DNA of 29,837 nucleotides, from positions 1 to 29,837 of the forward strand of contig JBILKW010000001.1 of the NCBI GenBank assembly GCA_044376465.1, read 5' to 3'. The notes beneath the pieces are model-generated. The model ran no database searches and was not told the origin of the DNA. It saw nothing but the letters and a program-made list of their open reading frames with translations. The stretch comes from Sphingobacteriales bacterium (GTDB taxonomy: Bacteria; Bacteroidota; Bacteroidia; Sphingobacteriales; Sphingobacteriaceae). This document shows positions 26,707 through 29,837 of this stretch, one piece after another. The number at the start of each line of letters is the position of its first letter. Position 1 is the stretch's first letter. A program made the position numbers and the translations under genes.

Positions 26707-29127
26707 TAACGGGAATCTACTCGGATCTGCTTCGTGCATCATTTCATAAATGCATTCTACTACATCATCGGCACTTGGTTTAGAGAAATAATCTCCATCG
26801 GTACCGTAGGCTGGTCTGTGAGCCTTTGCAGTTAAGGTTCTTGGAGCTGCATCTAAATGGTAATATCCTTTTTGTTCTTCCAACACTTGTTGCATCATGT
26901 ATGAACTTGCTCCTCCTGGAACATCTTCGTCGAAGAACAATACCTTATTTGTTTTCTTTAATGAATCAACAATGTGGTGATGTATATCAAAAGGTAATAA
27001 GGATTGCACATCAATTAACTCAACAGAAATACCCATTTCATTTAGCTCCAAAATTGCTTCTTGTGCAACTCGGCAACACGAACCGTAGGTTACCAAGGTA
27101 ACATCATTGCCTTCAACTAAAATTTCTGGATGGCCTAATGGTAAGGTAAACTCGCCAATATTATCTGGCAATGCTTCTTTCAATCGGTAGCCATTTAAGC
27201 ATTCTATTACTAATGCAGGTTCATCTGCTTTCAACAATGTATTGTAAAAACCTGCAGCTTGTGTCATGTTTCTTGGTACTAACACATGTATGCCTCGCAA
27301 CGCATGTAAAATCATTCCAATAGGCGAACCCGAATGCCAAATTCCTTCTAATCGGTGTCCTCTGGTTCTTATAATTAACGGTGCTTTTTGTCCGGCTTTA
27401 GTTCTGTATGATAAGGAAGCCAAATCATCACTCAAGGTTTGCAAACCGTATAATAGATAATCTAAATATTGTATTTCTGCAATAGGTCTAAGGCCACGCA
27501 TTGCCAAACCTATACCCTGCCCTATAATGGTAGCTTCTCTAATTCCTGTATCAGAAATTCTAACCTCTCCATATTTTTCTTGTAAGCCAGCAAAGCCTTG
27601 GTTTACGTCACCAATTCTACCAACATCTTCGCCAAAAGCTAATACACGCGGATCTCTGGCAAATGCTGCATCAAAACAAGCTTGTAAAATTTCTCTACCA
27701 TCCAACTGTTTTGCATCTTCGGAGTATTGTGCTTTTGTTTCTAAAATGTTCAATGCCGAATGTTCGGTATCGGTAAATAAATAGGAATTATAACGATCGT
27801 AGTTTTGGCTGTTGTAATGGTTCAACCAAATCTGTAAATCTCTTCTTGCCGCAGTATCTTCTGCACGTGTTAAGCGTAATGATTTACGCACTGCCACCAA
27901 AATATCTTTACGTATGGCATCAACCGTATTGCGTAAGTTTTGTATTAAATTAGTTATTTCTGATGATGCTGCCGATGTTGCGGCTAATTGCTCTAACATT
28001 GTGCATACCTCTGCAATCTCCGTTTTTATTGGCTGATTGAAAGCTTCCCATACTTCTTTTTGACAAGCGCGTACATATCTTTTTGCTTCTTGTTCTATCT
28101 CATCTAATTCTTCTGCAGTAGCAATGGCACTAGAAATCATCCAATCGCGCATTTGTTTTATACAATCAAATTCCATTTCCCATTCTAAACGCTCCTTCGA
28201 CTTGTAACGCTCGTGCGAACCCGATGTAGAGTGGCCTTGTGGTTGAGTTAGCTCTTGCACATGTATCATAACCGGAACGTGCTGCTCTCTACAAATTTTA
28301 ATCGCTTTCTCATAGGTATCGCAAAGTGCTGCATAATCCCAACCGTTCACTCTGTAAATTTCGAATCCATCTCCTTTTTCATCGCGTTGGAATCCTTTTA
28401 AAATTTCCGAAATATTTTCTTTGGTAGTTTGGTATTTAGCATGTACAGAAATTCCATAGCCATCATCCCAAACACTAATAGCCATAGGTATTTGCAACAC
28501 ACCGGCTGCATTAATGGCCTCAAAAAAATGGCCTTCGGAAGTGCTCGCATTCCCTATGGTTCCAAACGCTACTTCGTTTCCGTTTAGGGAGAAATTACTT
28601 AAGTGTGCTAGCTCCGTATTGTTTCTGTATAATTTTGATGCTTGAGCTAAACCCACTAGCCTTGGCATTTGCCCCGCTGTTGGAGAAATATCTGCCGATG
28701 AATTTTTCATGGCCGTTAACTCTTTCCAAGATCCTTGTTCATCTAAACTACGCGTTCCAAAATGTCCGTTCATGCTTCTGCCTGCCGAACACGGTTCTGC
28801 TTGCACATCGGGCATTGCATATAATTGTGCGAAAAACTCTTTCACATTACTCATGCCCGTTGCAAACATAAACGTTTGGTCGCGGTAATATCCTGATCTA
28901 AAATCTCCATCGCGAAAAACTTTAGCCATCGCAATTTGAGCAATCTCCTTACCATCACCAAAAATTCCAAATTTAGCCTTGCCAGTAAGTACTTCTTTTC
29001 TACCCAGCAAACTTGCTTGGCGACTTTCGTTAGCTACTTTAAAATCGTTTTTTACAACTTCTTTGAAATCTTCGAAACTTAAATTACCAGTAGAAGCTGC
29101 GACTTGCTCTTTGTTATTTGCTGACAT
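26704..29127 (-). CDS. Fused alpha/beta E1 component of a 2-oxoacid dehydrogenase (probably branched-chain type)
   Basis: 'GKAKFGIFGDGKE', 'RSGYYRDQT', TPP-region 'FGTIGNASTSEGHFFEAINAAG', 'GHSTSGSHERYK', and beta-part motifs 'FGEDVGRIGDVNQG', 'DTGIREATIIG', 'EIQYLDY'. Start reassigned to ATG 29127 (MSANN). Confidence 0.9.
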   Translation of the reverse strand: MSANNKEQVAASTGNLSFEDFKEVVKNDFKVANESRQASLLGRKEVLTGKAKFGIFGDGKEIAQIAMAKVFRDGDFRSGYYRDQTFMFATGMSNVKEFFAQLYAMPDVQAEPCSAGRSMNGHFGTRSLDEQGSWKELTAMKNSSADISPTAGQMPRLVGLAQASKLYRNNTELAHLSNFSLNGNEVAFGTIGNASTSEGHFFEAINAAGVLQIPMAISVWDDGYGISVHAKYQTTKENISEILKGFQRDEKGDGFEIYRVNGWDYAALCDTYEKAIKICREQHVPVMIHVQELTQPQGHSTSGSHERYKSKERLEWEMEFDCIKQMRDWMISSAIATAEELDEIEQEAKRYVRACQKEVWEAFNQPIKTEIAEVCTMLEQLAATSAASSEITNLIQNLRNTVDAIRKDILVAVRKSLRLTRAEDTAARRDLQIWLNHYNSQNYDRYNSYLFTDTEHSALNILETKAQYSEDAKQLDGREILQACFDAAFARDPRVLAFGEDVGRIGDVNQGFAGLQEKYGEVRISDTGIREATIIGQGIGLAMRGLRPIAEIQYLDYLLYGLQTLSDDLASLSYRTKAGQKAPLIIRTRGHRLEGIWHSGSPIGMILHALRGIHVLVPRNMTQAAGFYNTLLKADEPALVIECLNGYRLKEALPDNIGEFTLPLGHPEILVEGNDVTLVTYGSCCRVAQEAILELNEMGISVELIDVQSLLPFDIHHHIVDSLKKTNKVLFFDEDVPGGASSYMMQQVLEEQKGYYHLDAAPRTLTAKAHRPAYGTDGDYFSKPSADDVVECIYEMMHEADPSRFPL

Positions 29128-29150
29128 AAACGAGATATAAGGATGTGCGG

Positions 29151-29158
29151 CAAAAATA
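29151..29158 (-). promoter_or_regulatory. -7 element (TATTTTTG) for the E1 gene
   Basis: Exact TAnnTTTG match 23 nt upstream of ATG 29127, lying inside the ORF track's spurious N-terminal extension. Confidence 0.6.
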
Positions 29159-29195
29159 AGGAATCCGACGCAGACCAAGAAAAATTAATTTTCGC

Positions 29196-29213
29196 CTAAA
29201 ATATGTATTTTAG
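29196..29213. promoter_or_regulatory. Perfect palindrome CTAAAATA-TG-TATTTTAG in the divergent promoter region (candidate operator)
   Basis: 8-bp arms with a 2-nt spacer between the divergent E1 and PNGase-like genes. Confidence 0.35.
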
Positions 29214-29234
29214 AGCGCTTAATAGATAATACTC

Positions 29235-29837
29235 ATGTTAAAAAAGTTTTTCATCATTTTCATATTCCTGCAACTTAATTCCTTAATTAGCAATTCGCAA
29301 GAAATTGTGCATGTTCGTTCGCATAACGAGAGGCATTTAAATTGGTACGGCGACTTTTATGAAAAAGCAAAATTCCCCTCGGCAGATACCAGTGTAAAAA
29401 GAATTACGATGAAATTAACCATTGGTTGCCCAACGAATGGTTGTAGCGATTGGGACTATACGGTTAAAGTTTTTGCACGCAGAAAAATTGGATTGGATAC
29501 CGCAAATAAACCAATTTATGAATACATAGAATTTGCAAGGTATATTACCCCTTATTCTGGCGATAAAAACTTTGGATTTTACAGAGATTTTGAACTAGAT
29601 GTTACCGATTTTAGATCGGTACTAACCGACTCTGCAGAGATTGGCGTGAAGTATGAAGGATATTCTGATGGATTCACCATCAGCCTAGATTATTATTTAC
29701 ATTTAGGTATTCCGATTAGAGAAGCGTATAAAGTAGTACCTGTTTATTACGGTGGCTTCCCGTATGGCGATCCAGCTAATTCAATAGAAAATTATATAAA
29801 GCCATTTACATTTATACCCGATTCTTTAACAAACGAA
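29235..29837 (+). CDS. Secreted peptide-N-glycosidase F-related protein, N-terminal 201 aa (runs off the window; absent from the ORF track)
   Basis: My translation from ATG 29235 stays open to the edge: MLKKFFIIFIFLQLNSLISNS-QEIVHV...KLTIGCPTNGCSDWDYT...IEFARYITPY...FELDVTDFRSVLTDS. The C-x4-C-x-x-WD, 'E(F/I)ARYITPY' and 'DVTDF' motifs match PNGase F-like N-terminal domains. Confidence 0.75.
   Translation, partial: MLKKFFIIFIFLQLNSLISNSQEIVHVRSHNERHLNWYGDFYEKAKFPSADTSVKRITMKLTIGCPTNGCSDWDYTVKVFARRKIGLDTANKPIYEYIEFARYITPYSGDKNFGFYRDFELDVTDFRSVLTDSAEIGVKYEGYSDGFTISLDYYLHLGIPIREAYKVVPVYYGGFPYGDPANSIENYIKPFTFIPDSLTNE

Noticed and set aside
26-28871. The many 60-140-aa ORFs nested antisense to, or overlapping, long genes
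   Set aside because: They have no recognisable motifs and lie within well-supported genes, as expected for shadow frames.
29277-29300. Octamer-like sequence (AATTAGCA ATTCGCAA) in the PNGase-like signal peptide
   Set aside because: There are only two loose units inside a normal-looking signal peptide, which is compatible with chance.

Overview
AT-rich Bacteroidota chromosomal region. Support for the taxon: TAnnTTTG -7 promoter elements, no obvious Shine-Dalgarno sites, Gln at +1 after signal peptides, and Bacteroidota-type gene fusions. Most of the window is housekeeping: tsaB (partial), priA, an orphan priming sugar transferase, pcm, smpB, mntR-mntH(USP), ung, lysS, proline dehydrogenase, a DAHP synthase/chorismate mutase-aroB-aroA-aroC operon and a fused 2-oxoacid dehydrogenase E1. 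It also encodes several uncharacterised envelope proteins: a lipoprotein paired with a DUF5723-like barrel/TSP3/OmpA protein, a DUF3352-like protein, a small beta-barrel, two more lipoproteins, and a PNGase F-like protein at the right edge that the ORF track missed. I found no rRNA, tRNA, CRISPR array or transposase. The most unusual signal is non-coding: seven short arrays of 7- or 8-nt tandem units. Five are arranged as inverted arms and occupy 5 of the 6 convergent gene junctions. The units often supply the stop codons of flanking genes, and one array appears to have replaced the C-terminal tail of AroC. A tight cluster of DnaA-box-like 9-mers (13252-13294) and a candidate MntR operator also stand out. 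All family assignments come from motif recognition by eye; no database search was run.
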